NCBI GenBank assembly: GCA_001784285.1
Contig: MFQC01000003.1
Span: 18,151 to 82,150, forward strand
Direction of reading: 5' to 3'
Length of the DNA stretch: 64,000 nt
DNA from: Candidatus Magasanikbacteria bacterium RIFCSPHIGHO2_02_FULL_48_18
GTDB lineage: Bacteria; Patescibacteriota; Patescibacteriia; Magasanikbacterales; UBA922
Below the pieces are notes generated by a model. The model was not told the DNA's origin. It made no database searches and saw nothing but the letters and a program-made list of their open reading frames with translations. This document shows, piece after piece, positions 1-9,415 of this stretch (within the stretch, counting starts at the first letter, position 1; every line of letters begins with the position of its first letter). The translations under genes and the position numbers were made by a program.

Positions 1-2263
1 GCGCCTGGAATCTGGTGTTTTTGCCAAAGTCGGGGTTTCCCATGGTCAGAATGACAAAGCGTTTGCCATCGCTTTTTCGTTCCACTTCCATGACGAGACA
101 TGTGCCGGATTCATACAAAAATCCTGTTTTGCTCGCAAGAATGGTATACGGAAGGGTTTCTTTCATGAGAAGATTGCTGTGGGTATCAAAATGTTTGGGA
201 TCGCCGTCAATATCTTTTTCCTCGTTATATTCGTATGACGGTTTTCCCATGATGGTCCGGAGATCTTTATTTTCAACCGTATGGCGAAACAGAGTCAAAA
301 ATTCGCGTGCGGTGGACACATTCTCCGCACGAACGCCGCTCGTATCGACGAACGTGGTTTTGGAAAGTCCGAGTTTTTTTGCTTGGGCATTCATGTTTTT
401 GATAAAGAGGGCCTCGTCCGAGGTGACGCTATTCACCAACATGCGCGCGGGCGTATTGAGCGAAGAAACAAGGAGGGCGTCAAGCAGATCTTTATTCAAT
501 ACCTTTTCTCCGTCTGCTATGCGATAGTGATGGTAGAGTTCTTTATGTTTTGTAGAATCGTAGGTTACGGTTTTATTCATGACAAGCCCTTCTTTCAATA
601 GTTCATACGCCGTCATCACTTTTGTAAAAGAAGCAATGGGACGAACCGTATCTATATTTTTTCCCGCGAGAATAGTCCCGCTTTCCGCATCTGCAATAAG
701 GTAGGCATCCATGGCTGTGTCGAATTTTGGTCCAAGAATTTCTGTTTGTTCTGCCCGAGTTGTCACCATTGCATCTTGCGGCGAAGACGCGCCAGTGTCA
801 TCCTTCACCGGTTCTGTTTCGGAAACGGCATCGGGTGAGGAAACGGTTTCCTCACTGAGCGTTGTGAGGATTTCTTTGGTGGTTTCTTTTTCTATATAAA
901 TCGCTTGCCCGGTCGGGTGGGCCATGCCGGCAAATTCATTGACCCACGCAATATTCTCCCATCGGTATCCCAGGCCGTTGAAGACTTCTTCAGACGCAAT
1001 ATGGCGCTTTTTGCCATTTTCTACGACATAAATTTTATTTTGACCGGTAATACCGAATAATGTGCCATCTTGAAACAGCACCTCCGGACCGGCTTCAAGA
1101 GAGGAGAGATACGATGCAGGTACGGCGGTGATGGTTTTTCCGGGATAATTTACTTTTGCAATCCCATCATCATACACGGAATGATATATGTTGTCCTTCA
1201 CGTAGTAGAGTTGTTTGTTTTCTTTAAGCCGGATCAATTCGCCCAGTGGCGCCGTTGTGGCCGGTTCGATCGGTTTTCCTATCATGTATCCGCCAAGAAT
1301 TGTTTCGTCGACGACAATGATTTCGTCCGGATTGAAACCAAGTTTTTTTCTGACCTCTTCCGTAAAAGGCCGGAGGGTGTCGTAATCAAGCAAATAATAC
1401 GTCGTTCCTTCTTTGAGCACCGAATAATTGGCGAGCGTGATGTCCTCTCCTTGTTCATACCGCGTTATTTCGGATGTGGGAACCGTAATAACCAATTTTG
1501 GATCATAGCGTGTCGTTAACGCCGCCATATTTTTGAAGGCGCGCCGTTTTCCTTGTTGCAAAAGATACGTGGTGGAGTCTTCCGCGCTTTTGAGAAGCGT
1601 CCCGTCCGGATAGATTTGTGTAAACCACTTCTGCCACAAATTCCAGAAATTTTCATTTCCATGAATGTGGGGTGTGTATGTATATAAAAATGCGGTCGCG
1701 TACGACGCGGGTTCGACATTGGTATTGTCAATCGCGTATGTGATATTTGGGCGCTTGATCCATGATTCCTGATCGACGTGATCATAATACCACCGCATAA
1801 TGCCGGCGGCATTATCCATTTGAGTGCCAAAGCCTTTATATTTTTGGATTTTTTCATCCGTGGTTTTGCAACTGTCGCACACCCCATAGCCGGTTGCCCA
1901 GTCCAATTGCTTTTGGGTTGGGTCCGGATCGTTTACCAGGCTCTGTTCTTTTTGGAGTTTTACCAGAAGATATTTTGGATTGATTTGGTAGCCTTTGGCC
2001 GCTCGGTAGATGATATCCGACACTTTTCGTTTTTTTCCTTGCACGTCTTCGGTCCGATATTCCGCGATATATCCTTCTTGGTCTTCCAAAAACGCTTGGA
2101 TGTCGGCTCGGCTCATGCTTTTCCAATCTTGGAGTTCTTCATCGCTGATAATGAAGTTTGGATTAAAGATGGATCCGTTTTCTGCGGCCGCCGCCCATGT
2201 GAGCTGGGGGAGAAAAGTTACCACAAAAATAACGAACCATATGCCAATACGTGGAAGTGTCAT
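1..2263 (-). CDS. Multidomain secreted cell-wall protein with C-terminal D-alanyl-D-alanine carboxypeptidase (peptidase S11/PBP5-like) domain; 3' end runs off window start (partial).
   Basis: Manual minus-strand translation from ATG (rc of cat 2261-2263) stays open to position 1. Not in ORF track because no in-window stop. Signal-peptide-like N-terminus MTLPRIGIWFVIFVVTFLPQLTWAAA. C-terminal part has the S11 motifs SFTK (SxxK), SLN (SxN) and KTG (ASKTGF). Overlapping + strand ORFs 15..527, 281..601, 1070..1519 and 1778..2338 look like shadow ORFs. Confidence 0.7.
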   Translation of the reverse strand, partial: MTLPRIGIWFVIFVVTFLPQLTWAAAAENGSIFNPNFIISDEELQDWKSMSRADIQAFLEDQEGYIAEYRTEDVQGKKRKVSDIIYRAAKGYQINPKYLLVKLQKEQSLVNDPDPTQKQLDWATGYGVCDSCKTTDEKIQKYKGFGTQMDNAAGIMRWYYDHVDQESWIKRPNITYAIDNTNVEPASYATAFLYTYTPHIHGNENFWNLWQKWFTQIYPDGTLLKSAEDSTTYLLQQGKRRAFKNMAALTTRYDPKLVITVPTSEITRYEQGEDITLANYSVLKEGTTYYLLDYDTLRPFTEEVRKKLGFNPDEIIVVDETILGGYMIGKPIEPATTAPLGELIRLKENKQLYYVKDNIYHSVYDDGIAKVNYPGKTITAVPASYLSSLEAGPEVLFQDGTLFGITGQNKIYVVENGKKRHIASEEVFNGLGYRWENIAWVNEFAGMAHPTGQAIYIEKETTKEILTTLSEETVSSPDAVSETEPVKDDTGASSPQDAMVTTRAEQTEILGPKFDTAMDAYLIADAESGTILAGKNIDTVRPIASFTKVMTAYELLKEGLVMNKTVTYDSTKHKELYHHYRIADGEKVLNKDLLDALLVSSLNTPARMLVNSVTSDEALFIKNMNAQAKKLGLSKTTFVDTSGVRAENVSTAREFLTLFRHTVENKDLRTIMGKPSYEYNEEKDIDGDPKHFDTHSNLLMKETLPYTILASKTGFLYESGTCLVMEVERKSDGKRFVILTMGNPDFGKNTRFQA

Positions 2264-2339
2264 ATAATAAAAAGTATAGCATGGAGTGGTAAAAGGTATC
2301 AATGGGTTTGTTGCTTTTTTCGTATTTCTTTGCTATGAT

Positions 2340-3038
2340 ATGCTGTATATGCCATCTGGGAATCTTTTTATTGTTGCAACACCTATTGGTCATTTTGATG
2401 ACATAACGATTCGGGCTCTTGAAACGTTACGCGCGGTTGATGTGATTTTGTGTGAAGATACCAGGGTCACCAAAAATTTACTTCACCATTATCATATTAA
2501 AACTCCAACCTTGAGTTATCATCAGCATAGCGATCAGAAAAAAATAGCCCATATTTATACCCTTCTGCAAGAGGGAAAATCCCTGGCTCTGGTCACGGAC
2601 GCAGGAACGCCCGGAATGAGCGACCCCGGGAATAAACTTATTCATGATCTGCTCAAGAAGGTATTGTTTGAGCAAAAAGTATCTGCGCCAAATATTATCC
2701 CCATTCCAGGGCCATCAGCGGCTGTCGCCGCCATCAGTATTTCTGGATTTCCAACGGATTCATTTCTTTTTCTTGGTTTTCCTCCGCACAAAAAAGGGAG
2801 AAGCCGATTTTTTCAAGATATAGCCGATTCGTCTTATACGGTGGTTTTGTATGAATCCTGCCATCGTATCAAAAAGACAATGCAAGAACTTGGGGCCGTA
2901 TTGGCCAAAGACAAAAAAATCTGCGTGTGCAGAGAATTGACCAAACGGTTTGAACAGATATATCGCGGAACGATTACTGAAGTGAATAATCAAGATATAA
3001 AAGAGAAAGGGGAGTTTGTGATCGTTATTTCAAAATAA
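2340..3038 (+). CDS. rsmI: 16S rRNA (cytidine1402-2'-O)-methyltransferase RsmI (tetrapyrrole methylase family)
   Basis: LFIVATPIGHFDDITIRALETLRAVDVILCEDTRVTKNLL and TDAGTPGMSDPG are the typical RsmI N-terminus and SAM site. ORF track opens at GTG 2286 but the first ATGs (2340/2349) fit the conserved start better. Confidence 0.85.
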   Translation: MLYMPSGNLFIVATPIGHFDDITIRALETLRAVDVILCEDTRVTKNLLHHYHIKTPTLSYHQHSDQKKIAHIYTLLQEGKSLALVTDAGTPGMSDPGNKLIHDLLKKVLFEQKVSAPNIIPIPGPSAAVAAISISGFPTDSFLFLGFPPHKKGRSRFFQDIADSSYTVVLYESCHRIKKTMQELGAVLAKDKKICVCRELTKRFEQIYRGTITEVNNQDIKEKGEFVIVISK

Positions 3039-3043
3039 AACCT

Positions 3044-4564
3044 ATGAATCCGCCTTTTTATATCACAACAACCCTTCCCTACGTGAATGCCGAGCCGCAT
3101 GTCGGCTTTGCGCTTGAGATTATCCAAGCCGATGTTATCGCGCGGTACCACCGTCTCCGGGGGTATGACGTTTTTTTTAATACAGGGACCGATGAACACG
3201 GGTTGAAAATTTATCAAAAAGCCCAGGAACACGGTCTTGACGCGCAAACATATTGCGACCAGTATGCCGCGCGGTTTGATGCGCTCAAAGGCGCGCTGGA
3301 TTTAAGCTACACCCATTTTATTCGGACAACCGACATGCATCATGTGCGCGCGGCGCAGGAATTTTGGACTCGGTGCTTTGCTAATGGCGATATTTATAAA
3401 AAGAATTATCACGTCAAGTATTGCGTCGGGTGCGAACTCGAAAAGACCGACTCCGAATTGGTTGATGGGTATTGTCCGCTTCATCCGAATCGAGAGATTG
3501 AATTTATCGACGAAGAAAATTATTTTTTTCAATTTTCCAGTTATCAACGGCCGTTGCTTCATTTTTACAAATCCCATCCTCATTTTGTGGCGCCGGATCA
3601 TCGATTGCAGGAAATTATCAACTTTGTTTCTGCCGGACTTCAAGATTTTAGCATTTCACGGCTGAAAGCCAAAATGCCGTGGGGAGTACCGGTCCCCGAC
3701 GATGAAGAACATGTGATGTATGTATGGTTTGACGCCTTGGTTAATTATATCTCCACCATAGGGTGGCCGAATGATGAAAAAGCGTTTTATCATTTTTGGG
3801 GAACTCCCGAACACCCAAACGGCATTCAGGTTGCGGGCAAAGACAATTTGCGCCAGCAATCGGCAATGTGGCAAGCCATGCTCATGTCGGCGGGACTTCC
3901 GCCGTCAAAACAAATTTTTATTCATGGCTATATTGGCAGTGAAGGGCAAAAAATGAGCAAAAGTCTTGGAAATGTGGTCAACCCGTTTGACGTGGTGGAG
4001 CGTTATGGAACCGATGCGTTGCGCTACTATCTTCTTGGCGCTATTCCGGCGCATGAGGATGGCGATTTTTCGATCGGCCGATTTGAAAGTTTTTATACCG
4101 CTCACCTCGTGAATGGGATTGGCAATTTGACTTCTCGTATCGTCACCATGATTGAAAAATATCTTGGCGGTCGCGTGCCAAAACCATCGAAGGATTTCTT
4201 GGGTGCGAAACGATTTTGGTCCGCATACGAAACCTCTGTATTGGGTTATCAATTTGACAAGCTGGTCGAACAGATCAATGAAGCGGTTGGGTTGTGCGAC
4301 CGGACAATTTCAGAACAAAAGCCGTGGGAAAAAGCAAAGAGAGGAGAAGATGTGTCGGAGCTGTTGTATGGTCTTCTTGAAGCGCTTCGTCATATTGCCT
4401 TTGCGCTTTTGCCCGTTTTGCCCCAAACCGCGGAGAAAATTTTATCTCAAATGGGCATAGCTTCTGATGTTTTTGGAGATTGGAATGCCGAAACTGCATG
4501 GGGAAAATTGGAAGAGGGGAGCCTTGTCCATAAAGGGGAGGTATTGTTTCCAAGATTGTCTTAG
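3044..4564 (+). CDS. metG: Methionine--tRNA ligase (class I aaRS)
   Basis: HIGH-type motif PHVGF near the N-terminus, KMSKS motif (QKMSKSLGN) and Zn-knuckle CVGCELEK...CPLH. Overall MetRS-like organisation. Confidence 0.9.
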   Translation: MNPPFYITTTLPYVNAEPHVGFALEIIQADVIARYHRLRGYDVFFNTGTDEHGLKIYQKAQEHGLDAQTYCDQYAARFDALKGALDLSYTHFIRTTDMHHVRAAQEFWTRCFANGDIYKKNYHVKYCVGCELEKTDSELVDGYCPLHPNREIEFIDEENYFFQFSSYQRPLLHFYKSHPHFVAPDHRLQEIINFVSAGLQDFSISRLKAKMPWGVPVPDDEEHVMYVWFDALVNYISTIGWPNDEKAFYHFWGTPEHPNGIQVAGKDNLRQQSAMWQAMLMSAGLPPSKQIFIHGYIGSEGQKMSKSLGNVVNPFDVVERYGTDALRYYLLGAIPAHEDGDFSIGRFESFYTAHLVNGIGNLTSRIVTMIEKYLGGRVPKPSKDFLGAKRFWSAYETSVLGYQFDKLVEQINEAVGLCDRTISEQKPWEKAKRGEDVSELLYGLLEALRHIAFALLPVLPQTAEKILSQMGIASDVFGDWNAETAWGKLEEGSLVHKGEVLFPRLS

Positions 4565-4595
4565 CCATTTCCTGAATTCATTTATTTTTTTATCT

Positions 4596-5135
4596 ATGAC
4601 TCTCTTCGATGTCATCCTCCTCTGCCTTATCGCAGGATTTGCAGGATTTGGTTTTTGGTTTGGTCTTATTCATACGCTGGGTTCTTTGGCGGGTACGGTG
4701 GTTGGCGCATTTTTTGCCAGCCGGTTTTATGAATTTTTTGCCGATTGGCTGGTGCACGTTACCGGGTGGCCGGAAAATATTTCTCGCGTTCTCATGTTTA
4801 TTCTTCTTTTTATTTTGATCAACCGTTTGGTTGGTTTTTTATTTTGGCTTATTGAAAAATTTTTTAATCCTTTGACATCCTTGCCGTTTCTGTCTTCCAT
4901 GAATCATTTGTTGGGCACCGTCTTTGGCGCTTTGGAAGGAGCGCTCACATTGGGACTCATTATATATTTTATCAAACAGTTTCCCATCTCACCCTTGATT
5001 ATGGGCTGGATTGGCAATTCGACGATCGCTCCAATTTTGGAAAATATGGCCGTGGTGTTGCTTCCGTTTATTCCCAAAGCGCTCAAAACGCTTGATGACA
5101 CGCTTAGTGGGTTTGGCGACGTGTTCTCTCTTTAA
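4596..5135 (+). CDS. CvpA-family (colicin V production-like) integral membrane protein
   Basis: In-frame ATG at 4596 just after the metG stop. Multi-TM hydrophobic protein MTLFDVILLCLIAGFAGFGFWFGLIHTLGSLAGT resembling CvpA. The longer track ORF from 4467 overlaps metG and is unlikely. Confidence 0.6.
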   Translation: MTLFDVILLCLIAGFAGFGFWFGLIHTLGSLAGTVVGAFFASRFYEFFADWLVHVTGWPENISRVLMFILLFILINRLVGFLFWLIEKFFNPLTSLPFLSSMNHLLGTVFGALEGALTLGLIIYFIKQFPISPLIMGWIGNSTIAPILENMAVVLLPFIPKALKTLDDTLSGFGDVFSL

Positions 5136-5142
5136 TCTTTTT

Positions 5143-5337
5143 ATGAAAATGCAAATTCCACAGTCGCCGCCGCAAATGGAGCCAGAAAAAGTATTATCAG
5201 CCGCTCTTGTCCGAGGTATTATTTTTGGTGTTGTTCTCGCTGGAGTTGTTTTGTATATTGTTTTTTCAAGACAGATGAAATCGATTGAAAAAGACTATAT
5301 GATGCAAACGGTTCAAAATGAAACGGATACGCCTTAA
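5143..5337 (+). CDS. Small single-TM hypothetical protein (64 aa)
   Basis: In-frame ATG at 5143 within track ORF 5011..5337. Hydrophobic core VRGIIFGVVLAGVVLYIVF. Weak. Confidence 0.3.
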   Translation: MKMQIPQSPPQMEPEKVLSAALVRGIIFGVVLAGVVLYIVFSRQMKSIEKDYMMQTVQNETDTP

Positions 5338-5344
5338 TTTTTTT

Positions 5345-6202
5345 ATGCTTTTTGACACCCATTGCCATCTTCAATTTCAAGCATTTAAAGAAGACCGTGA
5401 TGACGCCATAGCGCGTTCTCTTGCCCGCGGCATGATATTGAACGTGGTGGGGACACAAAAAGACACAAGCCGTGCCGCTGTGGCATTGGCGGAAACATAT
5501 GACGGCATGTATGCAACGATTGGCACACACCCCATTCATCTTTTTCCAACGCATGTTGATGAAGAAGAAACATCGTTTCAGTCGCGCGAAGAAGATTTTG
5601 ATGAAGCCTATTATGAAACGCTCGCGCGGTCAAAAAAAGTAGTTGCTGTCGGAGAAACCGGTATTGATCTGTATCATTTGCCAAAAGACAAGCCAAAAGA
5701 AGATGTTTTGGCAAAGCAACGCGATGTTTTTTTAAAGCACGCGGCTTTCGCGCAAAAGCATAATTTGGCTCTTGTGATTCATTGTCGGGACGCGCATGAT
5801 GAGCTTATACAAACACTCAAGTCAACTGTTAATGGTCAATTGTCAATGCTCATAAGAGGCGTTGTGCATTGTTTCTCTTCTAACTGGACTCATGCCGAGC
5901 AGTATTTGGACTTGGGGTTATATCTTGGATTTACCGGGGTTATTACCTTTCCCGCGAAAAAGACCAATCCGCAAGTTCAGGAAAATCTTCTCGAGGTTGT
6001 CCGTCGTATGCCGCTTGATCGCATCCTGGTGGAAACCGACTCACCCTATCTCGCGCCACAGGCGTACCGCGGAAAACGATGCGAACCGTGGATGGTGGAA
6101 GAGACTGTCAAAAAAATTGCTGAAATTTGCGGGGTGAGCCCTGCCAAAATAGAAGAACAGACAACAAATAATGCCAGAGCCTTGTTCTTAAAGGGGGAGT
6201 AG
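5345..6202 (+). CDS. tatD: TatD-family metal-dependent hydrolase (DNase)
   Basis: N-terminal MLFDTHCHL motif, internal IHCRDA and C-terminal ETDSPYL are characteristic TatD signatures. Start taken at in-frame ATG 5345. Confidence 0.85.
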   Translation: MLFDTHCHLQFQAFKEDRDDAIARSLARGMILNVVGTQKDTSRAAVALAETYDGMYATIGTHPIHLFPTHVDEEETSFQSREEDFDEAYYETLARSKKVVAVGETGIDLYHLPKDKPKEDVLAKQRDVFLKHAAFAQKHNLALVIHCRDAHDELIQTLKSTVNGQLSMLIRGVVHCFSSNWTHAEQYLDLGLYLGFTGVITFPAKKTNPQVQENLLEVVRRMPLDRILVETDSPYLAPQAYRGKRCEPWMVEETVKKIAEICGVSPAKIEEQTTNNARALFLKGE

Positions 6203-6265
6203 TTGCGTCCGACAATAGTGTTATGATAAGATAAAAGTACGTCATTTATTTTTATTATATGTTGT

Positions 6266-6703
6266 ATGAAGGAGGAAAACATCGTGGCAATTCTGAACTC
6301 TCATACAGAGGAGTTCAAACTTATTCATGAGGTATTAGAATCCCATGGAGAAGAGCTTCGATCCCATGGAGAACAACTTCGATCGCACGGAGAACAGCTT
6401 GCGGCTCACACCAAAGAATTTCAATCCATTCATAAAACGTTACAATCCCACGAAAAACAACTTGATTTTTTGGCATTGAAAGTGGTTGAACATGATGAAC
6501 GCTTTGACCGGATAGAGGAGAGGATGGCGACAAAAGATGATGTGCGGATGATTATGAGCAGTTTGGATGAAGTTCTTGTACAAATGAAAAAAAGAGATCA
6601 GGAAATGGCGATGTTTTGGCACGCGTTTCGCCGGCATGAAGATCGCATCGAAATTGTGGAATGTGATATTAAAAAGATAAAACCAAAAGTTGGATTGCGT
6701 TAA
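6266..6703 (+). CDS. Coiled-coil hypothetical protein with SHGE(E/Q)LR heptad repeats
   Basis: ORF with AGGAGG at 6270-6275, so the real start may be GTG 6284. Contains 3 tandem 21-nt repeats encoding SHGEELR/SHGEQLR/SHGEQLA. Rich in E/K/Q/L and predicted coiled coil. Confidence 0.5.
   Translation: MKEENIVAILNSHTEEFKLIHEVLESHGEELRSHGEQLRSHGEQLAAHTKEFQSIHKTLQSHEKQLDFLALKVVEHDERFDRIEERMATKDDVRMIMSSLDEVLVQMKKRDQEMAMFWHAFRRHEDRIEIVECDIKKIKPKVGLR
6341..6403 (+). repeat. 3 x 21-bp tandem coding repeat (tcccatggagaRSARcttcga)
   Basis: Direct reading of units at 6341-6361, 6362-6382 and 6383-6403. Confidence 0.7.
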
Positions 6704-6833
6704 CAATTTTTTTCATCTCAAATATCTTAAAGTTAAAGCAAAAAATGTTAGATGGCCGACGTTTTTTAAGTATTGACACGTTCCTCACTGCTCTCTCAGA
6801 AATGAACTTATACACTTTTTTCTTCAAAAATGA

Positions 6834-6862
6834 TTGACGAAGGGTTTTTTTTCGTCTATACT
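6834..6862 (+). promoter_or_regulatory. Sigma70-like promoter of the ATP synthase operon (TTGACG-N17-TATACT)
   Basis: TTGACG at 6834-6839, 17-nt spacer, TATACT at 6857-6862, about 23 nt upstream of the atpZ-like ATG. Confidence 0.5.
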
Positions 6863-6884
6863 AGTGGTCGCTTTATTGACCGCT

Positions 6885-7157
6885 ATGATTGACCCAAAAG
6901 ACAGAAAATATATGCTCTTGGGTCTTCGGATTGCCGGTGATTTTGGGGCAACGATCGCCGTTCCGGTCGTTATTTTTGTTATCATTGGTCAGTGGCTGGA
7001 CGGACGGTACGGACACCGGTATTTCTTTACAGCTTTCGGTTTTCTTGTTTCAGCAGTCATTTCCGGTATTATTATCACAAGAAAAGCCAAACAATACGGC
7101 AAAGAATATCAAGCAATGGATACACGTTCAAAAAAAGAAGAACTCAAAAAAGAATGA
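6885..7157 (+). CDS. atpZ: AtpZ/AtpI-like small membrane protein preceding the F-ATPase genes
   Basis: Two-TM protein LLGLRIAGDFGATIAVPVVIFVIIGQWLDGRYG resembling ATPase_gene1/AtpZ proteins. Sits directly upstream of atpB. Track ORF start (TTG 6834) lies inside the promoter, so ATG 6885 was chosen. Confidence 0.6.
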   Translation: MIDPKDRKYMLLGLRIAGDFGATIAVPVVIFVIIGQWLDGRYGHRYFFTAFGFLVSAVISGIIITRKAKQYGKEYQAMDTRSKKEELKKE

Positions 7158-7181
7158 GCGCCATCTTTTGAAGCACATGGT

Positions 7182-7961
7182 ATGAGTGACATTCACATCC
7201 CAACCCTTGCGCCAGAAATACTGTTTCATATTGGGTCCGTGTCGGTAACGAACACGATGATCAATGCCTGGCTTGCGATTGTCATTTTACTGGTGTTTGG
7301 CCTCGTTCTTCGCAAAAAAATAAAAACAAGCCCTGGGACATTACAAAACGGTGCCGAATATGTGCTGGAAATGCTTTTGCCATATTTTGACCAAGTGACC
7401 GGAGATCGAAAAAAGACCATGCGGTTTTTGCCCATCGTCGGTTCGATCTTCTTTTTTGTTTTATTGTCCAACTGGCTTGGTCTTTTGCCTGGAACCGGGA
7501 GCATTACTCTTGGACACACCTTTTTGCTCCGTCCGGCAAATACGGACCTCAATCTGACGGTGGCCATGGCGCTGGTTTCAGTGATTGGCTCCCACCTTTT
7601 TGGCATTGTTGCGGTGGGATTTTTTACCCATATCGGCAAATTTATCCAGTTGGGGACGCTCGCAAAAAGTTTTAAACGGGGGCCGATCGGCATTTTTAGC
7701 GCCGTTATTGAATTTGGCGTTGGTCTCCTGGAAATTGTGGGAGAAATGGCCAAAGTGTTATCGCTCTCTCTTCGTTTGTTTGGTAATATTTTTGCCGGAG
7801 AAGTGTTGATTTCGGTTATTGCCGCTTTGGTATCGGCGGTTGTGCCCACGCCATTTATGCTCCTGGAATTACTGGTTGGCTTGATCCAGGCCGCGGTGTT
7901 TGCTATGCTCACGCTAGTCTATTTCACGGTCGCTGTGGAAGAGCCGCATGGCAGTCATTAA
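7182..7961 (+). CDS. atpB: F0F1 ATP synthase subunit a
   Basis: Multi-TM protein with conserved LSLRLFGNIFAGE motif containing the essential Arg. Operon position. Confidence 0.9.
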   Translation: MSDIHIPTLAPEILFHIGSVSVTNTMINAWLAIVILLVFGLVLRKKIKTSPGTLQNGAEYVLEMLLPYFDQVTGDRKKTMRFLPIVGSIFFFVLLSNWLGLLPGTGSITLGHTFLLRPANTDLNLTVAMALVSVIGSHLFGIVAVGFFTHIGKFIQLGTLAKSFKRGPIGIFSAVIEFGVGLLEIVGEMAKVLSLSLRLFGNIFAGEVLISVIAALVSAVVPTPFMLLELLVGLIQAAVFAMLTLVYFTVAVEEPHGSH

Positions 7962-8103
7962 ACCGCGAATGTCTTTTGTTCTCTTTGGTAAAGCGTTTTT
8001 TTACCAAACAGAACAGGAGGAATTTATTTCATAATGAATATCCACTCCGCGAGGTAAAACACCCCCCTTCCTCGGCCGGTACGATATTTCAAAGGAATCA
8101 TGT

Positions 8104-8325
8104 ATGGAACACGCGTCAATTGTGGTGCTTGCTAAAGCATTTACCATCGGTATCGGCGGTATGATGCCGGCTCTTGCCATTGGAAAACTCGTGGCAAAAG
8201 CCATGGAAGCCATCGGACGAAATCCAGAAGCCTCCGGCAAAGTGTTTGTTCCCATGCTTTTGGGCGCGGCATTTGCGGAAGCGATTGCCATTTACGCCCT
8301 GGTTGTCGTTTTTACATTGAAGTAA
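8104..8325 (+). CDS. atpE: F0F1 ATP synthase subunit c
   Basis: 73-aa two-helix hairpin proteolipid. GxGxG-type first helix and conserved carboxylate in LLGAAFAEAIAIYALVV. Confidence 0.85.
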   Translation: MEHASIVVLAKAFTIGIGGMMPALAIGKLVAKAMEAIGRNPEASGKVFVPMLLGAAFAEAIAIYALVVVFTLK

Positions 8326-8383
8326 ATCAACCCAGGAGACCATTGCGGTCTCTTGTTCTTGATTTAATTCTTGTTTTGTCGCT

Positions 8384-8992
8384 ATGCCATTGTCACCCGT
8401 CTATTCTTTTGATCTTGCGGTTGCGGAAATTCAAAAACAATCAGCCGTGACGGCCTCTCAAGGAGAAGAACCCGTAGGTGAAGAAAGCGTGTTGGGGTCA
8501 TTGGGGCTCAATGGGCAATTATTTGCGTTTCAACTGTTGAATTTTGCCATTGTCGCCGCTATTGTGTGGTTTCTTATTTTGAAACCGCTGACCAAAAAAA
8601 TGGATGAACGAAAACAGATGATTGACGACAGCCTCGAGAAGGCAAAACAGATTGAGGCGAATGTATTGATGAGCCAACAGAGATATCAAGAAAAAATTGA
8701 TGAAGGAAAAGTGGAAGCGAACAAAATCATTGAACACTCTCACGAAGAAGCGGAACGGTTGGCGCGCTCCATGAAAGAAAAATCAAAAAAAGAAATTGAA
8801 CTCTTGGTGGACCAGGCAAAACGCAATATCGCGATTGAGCGGGACGAGGCGTTTGCGGCCGTAAAAAAAGAAGCCGGGGCGCTGGTTGTCGCGGCCGTGG
8901 AAAAAATTCTCGGGCAGGCGATTGACGAATCAACGGACAAAAAAATTATTCAGGAAGCTATTCAAAACATAAAAAAACAAAAAACATCATAA
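8384..8992 (+). CDS. atpF: F0F1 ATP synthase subunit b
   Basis: N-terminal TM (FQLLNFAIVAAIVWFLILKPL) followed by a long charged helix, typical of subunit b. Operon position. Confidence 0.8.
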   Translation: MPLSPVYSFDLAVAEIQKQSAVTASQGEEPVGEESVLGSLGLNGQLFAFQLLNFAIVAAIVWFLILKPLTKKMDERKQMIDDSLEKAKQIEANVLMSQQRYQEKIDEGKVEANKIIEHSHEEAERLARSMKEKSKKEIELLVDQAKRNIAIERDEAFAAVKKEAGALVVAAVEKILGQAIDESTDKKIIQEAIQNIKKQKTS

Positions 8993-9000
8993 ATGACTCT

Positions 9001-9390
9001 ATGAAAAAACGTTCACACACACAATACGCGGAGGCGCTGTATGAAATGACGAAAGACATCGCCGGAAAAGAATTGGACGCGGTTTTGCGCGCTTTTGTGC
9101 ATATTCTCGCTCGCGATCGCCAGCTGTTGCACGTGGACAAAATCGTGGACTCTTTTTTGCGCCACGTAAAAAAACAAGAGGGGATACAGGATCTCCATAT
9201 TGAAACCGCGCGAACTCTCGACCCAAAAACACGAGCGGCGATCGCGGCCGCATGCGGAAAAAAAACGGATGTAACCACATCAGTAAGACCCGGTCTCTTG
9301 GGCGGTTTTCGTATTACCACCGAACACACGATTCTTGACGCGAGCGTTGCGGCGCAACTCAAGCGTCTTGAAGCAACACTTATTTCGTAG
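9001..9390 (+). CDS. atpH: F0F1 ATP synthase subunit delta (short OSCP-like)
   Basis: YAEALYE start and C-terminal [18 protein letters not shown] are typical of delta. Only 129 aa, shorter than usual. Confidence 0.75.
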   Translation: MKKRSHTQYAEALYEMTKDIAGKELDAVLRAFVHILARDRQLLHVDKIVDSFLRHVKKQEGIQDLHIETARTLDPKTRAAIAAACGKKTDVTTSVRPGLLGGFRITTEHTILDASVAAQLKRLEATLIS

Positions 9391-9415
9391 ATTGTTCTAT
9401 TCTCCTTTACTTTAT

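Noticed and set aside
15-2338. Plus-strand ORFs 15..527, 281..601, 711..899, 1070..1519, 1778..2338 and minus ORFs 1516..1887, 1854..2126
   Set aside because: All overlap the long open minus-strand frame encoding the D,D-carboxypeptidase-domain protein and show no protein-like features.
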